Source: Phyllobates terribilis
Taxonomy: Eukaryota
Reading direction: 5' to 3'
Assembly: GCF_046119375.1 (NCBI RefSeq)
Contig: NW_027362761.1
Span: 72,912,001 to 72,976,000, forward strand
DNA length: 64,000 nucleotides
Shown here: in pieces, positions 1 through 9,500 of the stretch
Layout of the letters: each line of letters starts with the position of its first letter
Numbering within the stretch: position 1 is the first letter of the stretch
Made by a program: the position numbers and the translations under genes
The notes under the pieces: model-generated
The model's input: the letters and a program-made list of their open reading frames with translations, nothing else
What the model was told of the DNA's origin: nothing
The model's database searches: none

Positions 1-29
1 ACTGGAAATTCCCTCCAAGATCCTATTGT

Positions 30-330
30 CTAACTGTACAAACTTTTAATGTCGATTTTAATAATGCACATGACTGTCACAAACACAGGGACCACATTTT
101 TGAGATGTTCACCTTTTTCCAATTGTGATGGTGTGGTTTTCGTGGCTGGGAGACCACCAGGAACCTGGGAAATGGATTCTGAGCTTCTGAGCGTCATAGA
201 GATATCATATTTGATATCCATCTTCATGAATAGTGGTGACGGCAAACATGATGTCTCCATCTTGGATGTGGGACCCCCCCATACCAAGATATGAAATCTG
301 AAGGATTTGGGTGGGTTCACAAAACCGAGC
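30..330 (-). pseudogene. Possible highly degenerate Penelope-like RT fragment
   Basis: Minus-strand peptides TIHEDG, SSESISQ, KTTPS and IIKIDIKSLYS are colinear with KIHKSG, TLTEQVSG, KSTPS and LATMDVESLYS of the PLE ORF at 985; similarity is weak. Confidence 0.3.
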
Positions 331-429
331 CCCCGTGTGAGGTAAACAACATGGGTGTCTCCTAATGTTTTGGCCCCTTACTAAAAACCAGAATGGCCAT
401 TTTAATTCATTCTTACCCGGGACGTCAGA

Positions 430-855
430 CGCATGCACTCCTCGCTGCGTGGAAGAATCACATTTAATTTCCGGGGAGCCGTCCCCCCACAGAATCTGAG
501 ATCATCACCTCGTGGCGCAGGTTTTGCTATTACTTATCCCTTTTATTTTAATAACTGTTTTATGCATATATGTAAATTGTCTCTTTTATAATATCTTGAA
601 TATCTTTTGTAAACACTGCCCACTTTCGGGAGTAAATCATTATTATTTACCAGCTTCGTTCTTCTTGTCCTATGTCGAGCAAACACGTTCCTCACCCGCT
701 AATTCACGTTACCTAAGGGATACCCGATCCACCTGTTAAGCGATCGGTGGTGGCAGTATACCAGTATTTATGTGATATTGTGGTTTGAGGGTGGCTGGAC
801 GGAGGTATATATACGTTCCTGGAAGGAACTGGTGGTATATATACGTCCTGTCACA
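430..855 (+). repeat. LTR-like fragment ending in TGTCACA
   Basis: Layout resembles the LTR at 36624-37735 (AT-rich block, TGGTGGCAG motif, TGTCACA end); no internal domain or TSD seen. Confidence 0.3.
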
Positions 856-984
856 TCACGTGCCACAATAGTCGACATAAATTAGAGCAGCTGCGCCCTG
901 TTGCTTATCCTCGGTCAATACCATGTTTGACCAGCAGGATAAAGGGGCGCCAGAGGGCTGCAAGGTCTGACCAAGTGTGTTTTC

Positions 985-2797
985 GTGACAATTGAAATCA
1001 TCATTAAACCTGCTGACAAGGGTGGTGCAATAGTCATGATGAACATATCAGACTACATAAAGGAAGCAAACAGACAACTGGTGGACATGCGCTACTACAA
1101 AAAACTGGAGTCTGATCCTACACAGGACTATTACAAGGAACTAAACAAGTTGGTATCGTGTCTGCCTGACGAATCCATAAGAGCCGATGACCTGATACCA
1201 GAGAGTCCAAGAATGGGGACATTCTGTATGCTCCCCAAAATCCACAAATCTGGAAATCCAGGAAGACCAATTATTTCATGTGTGGGTACCCTTACTGAGC
1301 AAGTTTCTGGATGGGTAGAGTGTGTTTTTAAACCCCTGGTAAAGAGTACACCCAGCTACATTCAGGACACGACAGACCTACTGAATAAACTAGCAGCAGT
1401 AGGTCCTCTACCAGAAGGAACCATCCTGGCCACCATGGATGTGGAATCTTTGTATTCTAATATCCCACACAAGGATGGATTAAATGCCTGCAAAATCTTC
1501 ATAGAAAATACAGGAATTGTTGCTGATTCTGTGGTAAATCTTACAGAATTCATCCTCACCCACAATTACTTTGAATTTGATGACAACATATATCTACAGG
1601 AAACTGGTACAGCGATGGGAAGTAAAATGGCTCCACAGTACGCAAATCTTTTCATGGCCAAGCTTGAAAGTGACTTTTTGTCCTCATGTCCCATCAGGCC
1701 TCTGGCCTACTATCGTTTCATTGACGATATTTTAATCATCTGGACGGGGTCTGAGCAACAGCTGAAGACGTTCCATGAACACTTTAATCGATTTCATCCC
1801 ACCATCAACCTAACACTCAACTACTCCTGTACTGAAATTAACTTTTTGGACACCATCATCAAGCTACAGAACAATGAAATAGAGACATCCTTGTACCGGA
1901 AACCAATCGACTGTCCTACATACCTTAAATGGGACAGTTTCCATCCAAAACACATAAAAAACTCTATTGTTTACAGCCAAGCCATCAGATACAATCGGAT
2001 ATGTTCCAACCAGATGGATAGAGACAAACACCTTGATGGCCTCAGCAAGACCTTTTTGAAACAGGACTACCATCCAAGAACAATTGAGAACCAGATTACA
2101 AGAGCCACCAGAATATCGAGGAATCATCTCCTACATTACAAAACTAAACAAGAAAGCAACGGGGTGCCTCTAGTAGTCACCTACAATCCAAATCTGGAGG
2201 CGCTGAGGAGAGCTGCAAGGAAACTACAACCCTTACTACAAAAAGATGCCCGATTACAATCCATATTTCCAGACCCCCCACTTCTGTGTTTCAGGCAGCC
2301 CCCAAATCTAAGAAGCATCATTGTCAGAAGCTCCCTGTCATCTCCACCAGCTACAGGTACCTTTCCTTGCAACCAGAAAAAATGTAAAACCTGTCCATGT
2401 ATAACGACCACAGACAAGATAAAGATCCCCAATTCACATCAGGACTATAAGATCCCAGGTACGTTCAGCTGTATCACATCTAATGTAGTGTACTTAATTA
2501 TATGTACCAAATGTCCAGCTGGGGGTCTTTATGTAGGGGAGACAGGGCAAAAACTTAGAACAAGGATGAATCATCATCACCACACAATAAAAGAAAAAAG
2601 AATAGCTCTGCCTGTAGCCAAGCATTTTTGTTCCCCTGATCACAGCATAAAAGATATGAAAATGCTAGTATTAAAAGGTAACTTCAAATCTCAGAGAGAA
2701 AGGAGAGTTCTCAGAATATAAACTGATGATGACCTTTAACACTTTCAGAGCAGGAATGAATGTGTCGCATGGATTTATGTCATTCTACATCAACTAA
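985..2797 (+). CDS. Penelope RT / GIY-YIG endonuclease; frameshift near 2710, true C-terminus EYKLMMTFNTFRAGMNVSHGFMSFYIN* in another frame
   Basis: Motifs IKPADKG, LPKIHK..GRPII, MDVESLYSNIP, GTAMGSKMAP, RFIDD; VVYLIIC..LYVGETGQ..RMNHH (GIY-YIG). Confidence 0.9.
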
Positions 2798-3140
2798 GGA
2801 ATGTGCTCCTCAGACTCTCAGACCTGTGAGGTCATCACAACACTGGACACAGGACAATAAAACCTTCACACTCCTTATCTATTAACTACTAAAATATTTA
2901 TAGCCAGAACTGTTTATTTCTTCCATAATAACTCTGCTTTTCATCACCTGTCTTACCTATTGCATTTTTTTTTCTTGTGTGTCTTATTGTGTATAAATAT
3001 GTGACTCTTCAGATTTTGTGTTATACTATGCCTGATGAAGAGACCTGAGTAGTCTCGAAAGCTTGCAATTTGTTACCATCTTTTCAGTTAGCCATTAAAA
3101 GGTATCAACCACTGAGGACTCTCAAATCTAAATATTTTTC
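990..3140 (+). mobile_element. Penelope-like retroelement (PLE), 5'-truncated
   Basis: RT + GIY-YIG ORF followed by a 3' terminal region with a hammerhead ribozyme; the 3' end abuts a Tc1 left end at a tttttc microhomology. Confidence 0.92.
3029..3067 (+). ncRNA. Minimal type I hammerhead ribozyme in the PLE 3' region
   Basis: TGC-CTGATGA-A-GAGAC(CTGAGTA)GTCTC-GAAA-GCTT-GCA: core CUGAUGA (3032-3038), 5-bp stem II, GAAA (3057-3060), palindromic AAGCUU helix III, short stem I TGC/GCA. Confidence 0.85.
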
Positions 3141-3560
3141 TTGCCATAATACAAATTCTAACAGTCTATTCAGTAGGACTATCAGCTGTGTATCCACCTG
3201 ACTTCTGCACAACACAACTGATGGTCCCAACCCCATTTATAAGGCAAGAAATCCCACTTATTAAACCTGACAGGGCACACCAGTGAAGTGAAAACCATTT
3301 CCGGTGACTGCCTCTTGAAGCTCATCAAGAGAATGCCAAGAGTGTGCAAAGCAGTCATCAAAGCAAAAGGTGGCTACTATGAAGAACCTAGAATATAAGA
3401 CATATTTTCAGTTGTTTCACACTTTTTTGTTAAGTATATAATTCCACATGTGTTAATTCATAGTTTTGATGCCTTCAGTGTGAATGTACAATTTTCAAAG
3501 TCCTGATAATACAGAAAAATCTTTAAATGAGAAGGTGTGTCCAAACTTTTGGCCTGTACT
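3135..3560 (-). mobile_element. Tc1/mariner left end (TIR + promoter region), cut at the transposase start codon; same family as 52676-54142
   Basis: Near-identical to the reverse complement of 52680-53075, including attatggcaagaaaaa (MARK). Confidence 0.9.
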
Positions 3561-3561
3561 A

Positions 3562-3632
<71 letters not shown>
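3562..3632. repeat. (TG)n(TA)n microsatellite at the Tc1 terminus
   Basis: Direct reading. Confidence 0.95.
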
Positions 3633-3636
<4 letters not shown>

Positions 3637-3779
3637 AAGGTTATTTTATTTACACAACTAATCCTCTCCTTTCTTGTTATTTAATGCTTTTTAGTGGTGT
3701 ACACTTATGTGAATACAACATCCAATGAGATTCAACTTTTCTATATAAATGTGTAAAGAGAGAGAGAGGGAATATATAT

Positions 3780-3884
3780 ATTCGGGTTCAAGTTTGGGTA
3801 CACTTCTGGTAGCCAGACCGAACTTTGGACTAAACTTCGGGTCGGGTACCAGAACCCGAACTTCCACGGGTCTGCTCATCCCTA
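3780..3884. mobile_element. End of a non-autonomous hAT-like element
   Basis: cgggttc/cgaac subterminal repeats ending ...gggtctgctcatcccta. Confidence 0.45.
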
Positions 3885-4320
3885 AAGATGAAATATATAT
3901 TGCAGAGAAATTGGAAAAAGAACTAGATGAAATTACCCCCAAGATGGATAAGCTGGAGAGGAAAATTGACTTGGAGGAGGGTTTCAAACAAAACTAGCAA
4001 TATATCTATAAGATAGAAAACAAAGTAAAGACACTGGAAAGGAGGAAATATTCACAAGATAAATTAGATTACTCTAAGGGCCAGATTCATGATTGGGGAA
4101 AAATAAATCCCAACATATTAAAAACAACAAAATAAAAGATATGAGAACCAGAGATGGGAATTTTCTGACACAGACACGGAAAAGTAATGTCTCAGAATCG
4201 GACTCGGAATAACCCTCTCACAGACCTATAAGAACAGATAAAGAGAGGAATGCTGACCAGTTCAAATAAGAACAGGAAACAATAAAAAAAAAAAAAACTG
4301 ATCACAGTAATGTAAACTCC
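3885..4320 (+). pseudogene. Degenerate N-terminal region of a Penelope-like ORF
   Basis: Coiled-coil-like peptide ...KVKTLERRKYSQDKLDYSKGQIHDW, resembling the PLE N-terminal KF.RD..DY...I..W motif (from memory); contains stops. Confidence 0.4.
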
Positions 4321-4324
4321 TTTA

Positions 4325-4485
4325 GGCCACGTTCACATGTTTAGTATTTGGTCAGTATTTTACATCAGTATTTGTAAGCCAAAATCATAAGTGGAACAGT
4401 CAGGAATCGAAATACGAGCACCACTTCTGTAGTTTGCACCCACTCCTGGTTTTGGCTTACAAATACTGAACGAGTGAACTTGGCC
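4325..4485. mobile_element. PIF/Harbinger-type MITE
   Basis: TIR GGCCACGTTCAC / GTGAACTTGGCC; TTA TSD at 4322-4324 and 4486-4488. Confidence 0.85.
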
Positions 4486-4795
4486 TTAGGATAATTATAT
4501 AGCCTACAGTTGGGGAAAAAAAGTATTTGATATACTGCCATTTTGCAAGTTTTCCCACCTACAAAGAATGGAGAGGTCTGTAATTTATATCATAGTTACA
4601 TAGTTAGTAAAGCCGAATAAAGACTTGCGTCCATCAAGTTTGACCTGTTAGTTCTGTAATTGCTAAAGTTGATCCAGAGGAGGGCAAAAACCCCAAATGA
4701 TTTAGCCAATCTTCACCTGAGGAAAAATTCCCTCCCGACTCTGAAACCAGCAGTCAGAATAAATCCCTGTATCAACCTACTATTTTATTTTATTT

Positions 4796-7729
4796 TTAAG
4801 TATATGCTGAAATCTGCCTGGTATCTAGAAATGCATCCAGTCCCCGCTTGAACTGGTTTAGTGAATCCGACATTACCGTCTCCTCACTCAGTGAATTCCA
4901 TATTCTCACTGCTCTTACCGTAAAGAACCCCTTCCTATGCTGGTGCTGAAACCTTTTCTCTTCCAGTCTTAGTGAGTGCCCTCTTGTTACCGTAATATCC
5001 CTCCTTTTGAACAAATCCCGGGCAAGGTCTCTATACTGTCCCCTAACATATTTGTACACATTTATTATGTCCCCCCTCAACCTTATCTTTTCCAGGCTGA
5101 ATAGTCCTAGTTTTGCCAACCTCTCTGGGTATTGCAGTCCCTCCATTCCCCTTATTAATTTTGTTGCCCTCCTTTGTACCTTTTCAAGCTCATTTATATC
5201 CTTTCTATATATTGGGGCCCATAACTGAGCACAGTATTCCAAGTGTGGTCTGACCAGTGCTTTGTACAGTGGAAGAACAATGTTCTCATCCTTTGCAGCT
5301 ATACCTCTTCTGATACATCCCATTACCCTGTTTGCCCTTACAGCAGCCGCCTGACTTTGGGCACTCCAATTTAGTTTGCTATCAATCAAGATGCCCAAGT
5401 CCTTCTCCATCTCTGAATTCCCCAATGGTTTCCCATTCAGTGAGTACTGGTGACTTCCATTTTTCCTTCCCATATGTATGACCTTACATTTCTCCTCGTT
5501 AAACCTCATTTGCCATTTAATGCTCCACCTACCCAGCTTATCCAAATCCCTCTGTAGGTCTTCACTATCCTCTTTTGTATTAATTGTTTTACATAACTTT
5601 GTGTCATCTGCAAATATTGATATTTTACTATTTATCCCGTTGACTATGTCGTTAATAAAGATATTAAATAACATTGGGCCTAGTACAGACCCCTGTGGTA
5701 CCCCACTAGTGACGCTTACACAATCTGAGTATATTCCATTTATAACCACCCTCTGCCTTCTATCCTTTAGCCAGTTAGCTACCCACTTGCAGACATTTTC
5801 CCGAAGCCCCATCATTCTCATTTTGTATACCAACCTATTATGTGGCACGCTATCGAACGCTTTTGAGAAGTCGAGATACACGACATCCACTGGTTCCCCC
5901 TGATCTACTCGAGAGCTAACCTCCTCGTAGAAGTCAATCAGGTTTGTTTGGCAGGAGCGATTCCTCATGAATCCATGTTGGTTCGGGGTTAATAGATTAT
6001 TAGCATCAAGATGCTCCATGATTGCCTCATTAATAAAGCCTTCAAAAATTTTGCCCACAACGGACGTCAGACTCACCGGCCGATAGTTTCCGGTGTTACT
6101 TTTTGCTCCCTTTTTGAATATTGGCACTACATTCGCCTGTCGCCAATCAAGTGGTACAGACCCAGTCTCAACAGAGTCCTTAAATATAAGATATAACGGT
6201 CTGTCTATCACATTACTTAGTTCCCTTAGTACCCGTGGGTGTATGCCATCAGGTCCTGGTGATTTGTTTATTTTAATCTTACTGAGGCGTTTCTGTACCC
6301 CAGCTTGGGTTAGATTTGTCATACTTAGTGGAGGATTAAGTTTGTCACTTCTCATTTCGCCTGTTAGTTCTTTTTCCTTTGTGAAAGTTGACGAAAAAAA
6401 TGTATTTAATAGATTAGCTTTATCCTCATCTTTCTCTATGATTTTGCCTTCATCACTTTTTATCGGTCCAATATTATTCGATTTAATCCTTTTACTATTT
6501 ATATACGTAAAGAACAGTTTGGGATTTGATCTACTTTCCCTAGCAATACATCTCTCTGTTTCCTCCTTTGCTATTTTTATTTGTTTTTTACAGGTTCTCG
6601 TTTTTTCCTTGTAACACATTAGTGCCTCCTTGCTGTTTTCCTGTTTTAATCTCTTGAATGCCTCTTTTTTGCTATTTAACGCCCCTTTTACGTTCTTATT
6701 CAACCATATTGGTTTCCTCTTATTTCTGGCCCTTTTATTCCCATACGGTATATACCTCTCGCACTGAGTATTCAGAATTCTTTTGAAGGTTTCCCATTTA
6801 CTATTCGTATTTCCTTGATTAAGAACTTTGTCCCAGTCTATAAGTTGAAGGTTTTCTTTCAGCTGATCAAACTTCGCCCTCCTAAAGTTTAATGTTTTAG
6901 TTGTTCCCTTATTGATAACCCTACTGAAGGGCATTTTGAAATTGATAATATTATGATCGCTATTACCTAGGTGCCCCCCTATCTGTACCTCAGTTATTCT
7001 ATCAGGCCTATTAGTCAATATTAAGTCCAACACTGCCTTCCCTCTCGTTGGTTCCTGCACTAGTTGGGAGAGATAATTATCCTTGATATTTATCAAGAAC
7101 CTTTTTCCTTTCTGCGATCTACAGGTTTCTGTTTCCCAGTCAATATCCGGGTAGTTGAAGTCCCCCATTACAATCACCTCATTATGTTTTGCTACTTTGT
7201 CTATTTGTCCTAATAGCAGTTTCTCATTCTCCTCTGTTATGTTAGGTGGCTTATAGCAGACCCCCAGTAATATTTTATTATTATTTTTTGCCCCCTCTAT
7301 CTCTACCCACATGGACTCGACCCCCTCTTCTCCCTCTCCTATATCTTCCCTTAGTCTGGGCTTTAGACGTGACCTTACATATAAGCAGACTCCTCCGCCC
7401 TTCCCCTGTTTCCGGTCCCTTCTAAATAAACTATAATCTGTTAAATTTACCGCCCAGTCGTAGCTATCGTCTAGCCAAGTCTCTGTTATACCTACGATGT
7501 CATACCTCTCCTCCGATATAAGCGCCCGCAGCTCATCCGCCTTATTGGTCAGGCTTCTTGCGTTGGTCAGCATGCAAGATAAAACTTTGGGGTTATTTAG
7601 CATCCTATTCTTCTCTAACGATCTAACTGTACTATCCCCACCCCCCTCTCCACCCTCATTATATTCACTTCTCCCCTTCCCCCTTGCTTGCCTCACATCC
7701 CACCTATTTCCTTGGTTCCCCCCCCCCAT
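4796..7729 (-). CDS. CR1 ORF2: APE endonuclease + reverse transcriptase, 977 aa, uninterrupted
   Basis: TNARSL, GITETW, VCYKPP, MGDFNYPDIDW, LDLIL, SDHN; YRPVSLTS, QHGF, LDFSKAFDSV, GVPQGSVLGP, FADD. Confidence 0.95.
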   Translation of the reverse strand: MGGGNQGNRWDVRQARGKGRSEYNEGGEGGGDSTVRSLEKNRMLNNPKVLSCMLTNARSLTNKADELRALISEERYDIVGITETWLDDSYDWAVNLTDYSLFRRDRKQGKGGGVCLYVRSRLKPRLREDIGEGEEGVESMWVEIEGAKNNNKILLGVCYKPPNITEENEKLLLGQIDKVAKHNEVIVMGDFNYPDIDWETETCRSQKGKRFLINIKDNYLSQLVQEPTRGKAVLDLILTNRPDRITEVQIGGHLGNSDHNIINFKMPFSRVINKGTTKTLNFRRAKFDQLKENLQLIDWDKVLNQGNTNSKWETFKRILNTQCERYIPYGNKRARNKRKPIWLNKNVKGALNSKKEAFKRLKQENSKEALMCYKEKTRTCKKQIKIAKEETERCIARESRSNPKLFFTYINSKRIKSNNIGPIKSDEGKIIEKDEDKANLLNTFFSSTFTKEKELTGEMRSDKLNPPLSMTNLTQAGVQKRLSKIKINKSPGPDGIHPRVLRELSNVIDRPLYLIFKDSVETGSVPLDWRQANVVPIFKKGAKSNTGNYRPVSLTSVVGKIFEGFINEAIMEHLDANNLLTPNQHGFMRNRSCQTNLIDFYEEVSSRVDQGEPVDVVYLDFSKAFDSVPHNRLVYKMRMMGLRENVCKWVANWLKDRRQRVVINGIYSDCVSVTSGVPQGSVLGPMLFNIFINDIVNGINSKISIFADDTKLCKTINTKEDSEDLQRDLDKLGRWSIKWQMRFNEEKCKVIHMGRKNGSHQYSLNGKPLGNSEMEKDLGILIDSKLNWSAQSQAAAVRANRVMGCIRRGIAAKDENIVLPLYKALVRPHLEYCAQLWAPIYRKDINELEKVQRRATKLIRGMEGLQYPERLAKLGLFSLEKIRLRGDIINVYKYVRGQYRDLARDLFKRRDITVTRGHSLRLEEKRFQHQHRKGFFTVRAVRIWNSLSEETVMSDSLNQFKRGLDAFLDTRQISAYT

Positions 7730-7731
7730 CT

Positions 7732-8658
7732 CTAGTTTAAAAACTCCTCCAACCTATTAGCCATCTTCTTCCCCAGCACCGCTGCACCCTCCCCATTGAG
7801 GTGCAGCCCGTCCCTACGGTAGAGCCTGTAGCCGACAGCGAAGTCGGCCCAGTTCTCCATGAACCCAAACCCTTCTGCCTTGCACCAACTCTTTAGCCAC
7901 TTATTCACCTCCCTAACCTCCCGTTGGCGCTCCTGTGTGGCTCGCGGGATTGGTAGTATTTCTGAGAAAACTACCTTAGAGGTCCTTGCCCTAAGCTTCC
8001 TACCTAGATCCCTGAAATCATTTTTAAGGACCCTCCATCTACCACTCACTTTGTCATTGGTGCCAATGTGGACCATGACCGCTGGGTCTTCGCCAGCCCC
8101 ACCCAGTAACCTGTCAACCCGATCCGCGATTGGCCGGACTCGAGCGCCAGGGAGGCAGCACACCGTTCGGCGATCCCGGTCTTTGTGACAGATTGCCCTG
8201 TCTGTCCCCCTAATAATAGAGTCACCCACTACCAGGACCTGTCTAGCCTGCCCTACACTTCCCCCCTCCCCCTCATTACTGGAGCATACACTCCCCCGGC
8301 GGTCAGAGGATCTGTCGTGCTCCAATAATGCCGGTTCTGAACCAGCCTTCCTATACTTCTTCCCTCTATCCCTTCTAACTGTTACCCAGCTCCCTGCCTG
8401 TTCAGCCTGCGCTTCCCCACTAAGCTCCACCCCCAGTGTTGACCCATTGAGTGTCTGCTCGGTGAGCAGCAAACTCCGTTCCATGTTGTCGATGCTCCTC
8501 AGTACCGCTATCTGAGCACTTAGATCCAGGATTTGGGCTTCCAAGTGCACGATATGCTCACATCTCTCGCAGCAGTATGGATCCCTGAGCGGTAGCTCAG
8601 GGAATGCATACATTGCGCAAGATGTACACTGCACGGCTCCGGCCAACATGGACGTCAT
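7732..8658 (-). CDS. CR1 ORF1: Cys zinc-finger + leucine zipper + SGNH/GDSL esterase domain (likely start MTSML at 8658; the ORF track opens at 8700)
   Basis: CTSC..CERC, heptad Leu run, VVGDSII, LPGA, HIGTND, RDGLH. Confidence 0.92.
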   Translation of the reverse strand: MTSMLAGAVQCTSCAMYAFPELPLRDPYCCERCEHIVHLEAQILDLSAQIAVLRSIDNMERSLLLTEQTLNGSTLGVELSGEAQAEQAGSWVTVRRDRGKKYRKAGSEPALLEHDRSSDRRGSVCSSNEGEGGSVGQARQVLVVGDSIIRGTDRAICHKDRDRRTVCCLPGARVRPIADRVDRLLGGAGEDPAVMVHIGTNDKVSGRWRVLKNDFRDLGRKLRARTSKVVFSEILPIPRATQERQREVREVNKWLKSWCKAEGFGFMENWADFAVGYRLYRRDGLHLNGEGAAVLGKKMANRLEEFLN

Positions 8659-8724
8659 TCTAAATATGGGGATACAGTCAGTATATATGTACAAGTACAA
8701 AACACAATTATTTATATATAGGTG

Positions 8725-9500
8725 TATGGACGGGGATCAATTAGGGATGTGCAAGTGTATCGATTAGATATCGGCGCGGGATCAGTTAAGTATGGACGGG
8801 GGATCAATTAAGTATCAATTAAGTATGGACGGGGGATCAGCTGAGTGGGTCAGGTGGATTAATTAAGTATGGACGGTGTGTCAATTAACTATGGACTGGG
8901 ATCAATAAGTATGGACTGGGGAAATAATTAATTGTGGACTAGGGAATCAATCAATTAATTATGGACAGCGGGTTTAATTAAATAGGATGGGGGGTAAAGC
9001 AAATAAATAGGTATGGACGGTGGGTCAATTAACTAAGGACTGGGGATCAATAAGTATCAATAATATCAATAAATATGAACTGGGGAAATAATTAATTGTG
9101 GTCTGGGGAATCAATCAATTAATTATGGACAGGGGTTAATTAAATATGGTGGGGGATAAGGCAAATAGATAGGGACTGGGGATGAGTAAAAGTGGACAAG
9201 GGGAATCTATTAAATAGGACAAGGGGGATCAATCAATTATGGGCTGGGGGGGTCAATCATTTAAATGTGGTCAGGGGGATCACTTTAATATGGACGGGGG
9301 GTGGTCGGGGATCAATTAAATGAGGACGGGGGGGTCAATTTAATGTGGTCAGAGGGATCAGTTAAATATGGACGGGGGTGTTCAGGGGAATCAATTTAAA
9401 TATGGACGGGGGTGATCAATTAAATATGGACGGGGGGGTAATCAATTAAATATGGACTAGGGAATACAATACAATACAATTACAATACAGATACAAATAC
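8725..9500. repeat. Minisatellite-like array of about 20-23-bp units (CAATTAAATATGGACGGGGG-like) in the CR1 5'UTR, ending in (AATAC)n
   Basis: Direct reading; higher-order duplication of about 8862-9010 vs 9011-9175. Confidence 0.9.

Noticed and set aside
740-760. TGGTGGCAG as a tRNA-Leu primer-binding site
   Set aside because: The match is too short and is not preceded by an LTR terminus; it is likely internal to an LTR-like repeat.
3484-3728. ORFs with IYIYIY / YIYIYI repeats
   Set aside because: Translation of the (TA)n microsatellite.
5007-8188. Several + strand ORFs (for example 6093..6614 and 5478..5903)
   Set aside because: Antisense shadows of CR1 ORF1 and ORF2.
8725-9470. Repeat array as a CRISPR-like locus
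   Set aside because: The units are degenerate and contiguous with no unique spacers; the context is eukaryotic and there are no cas genes.
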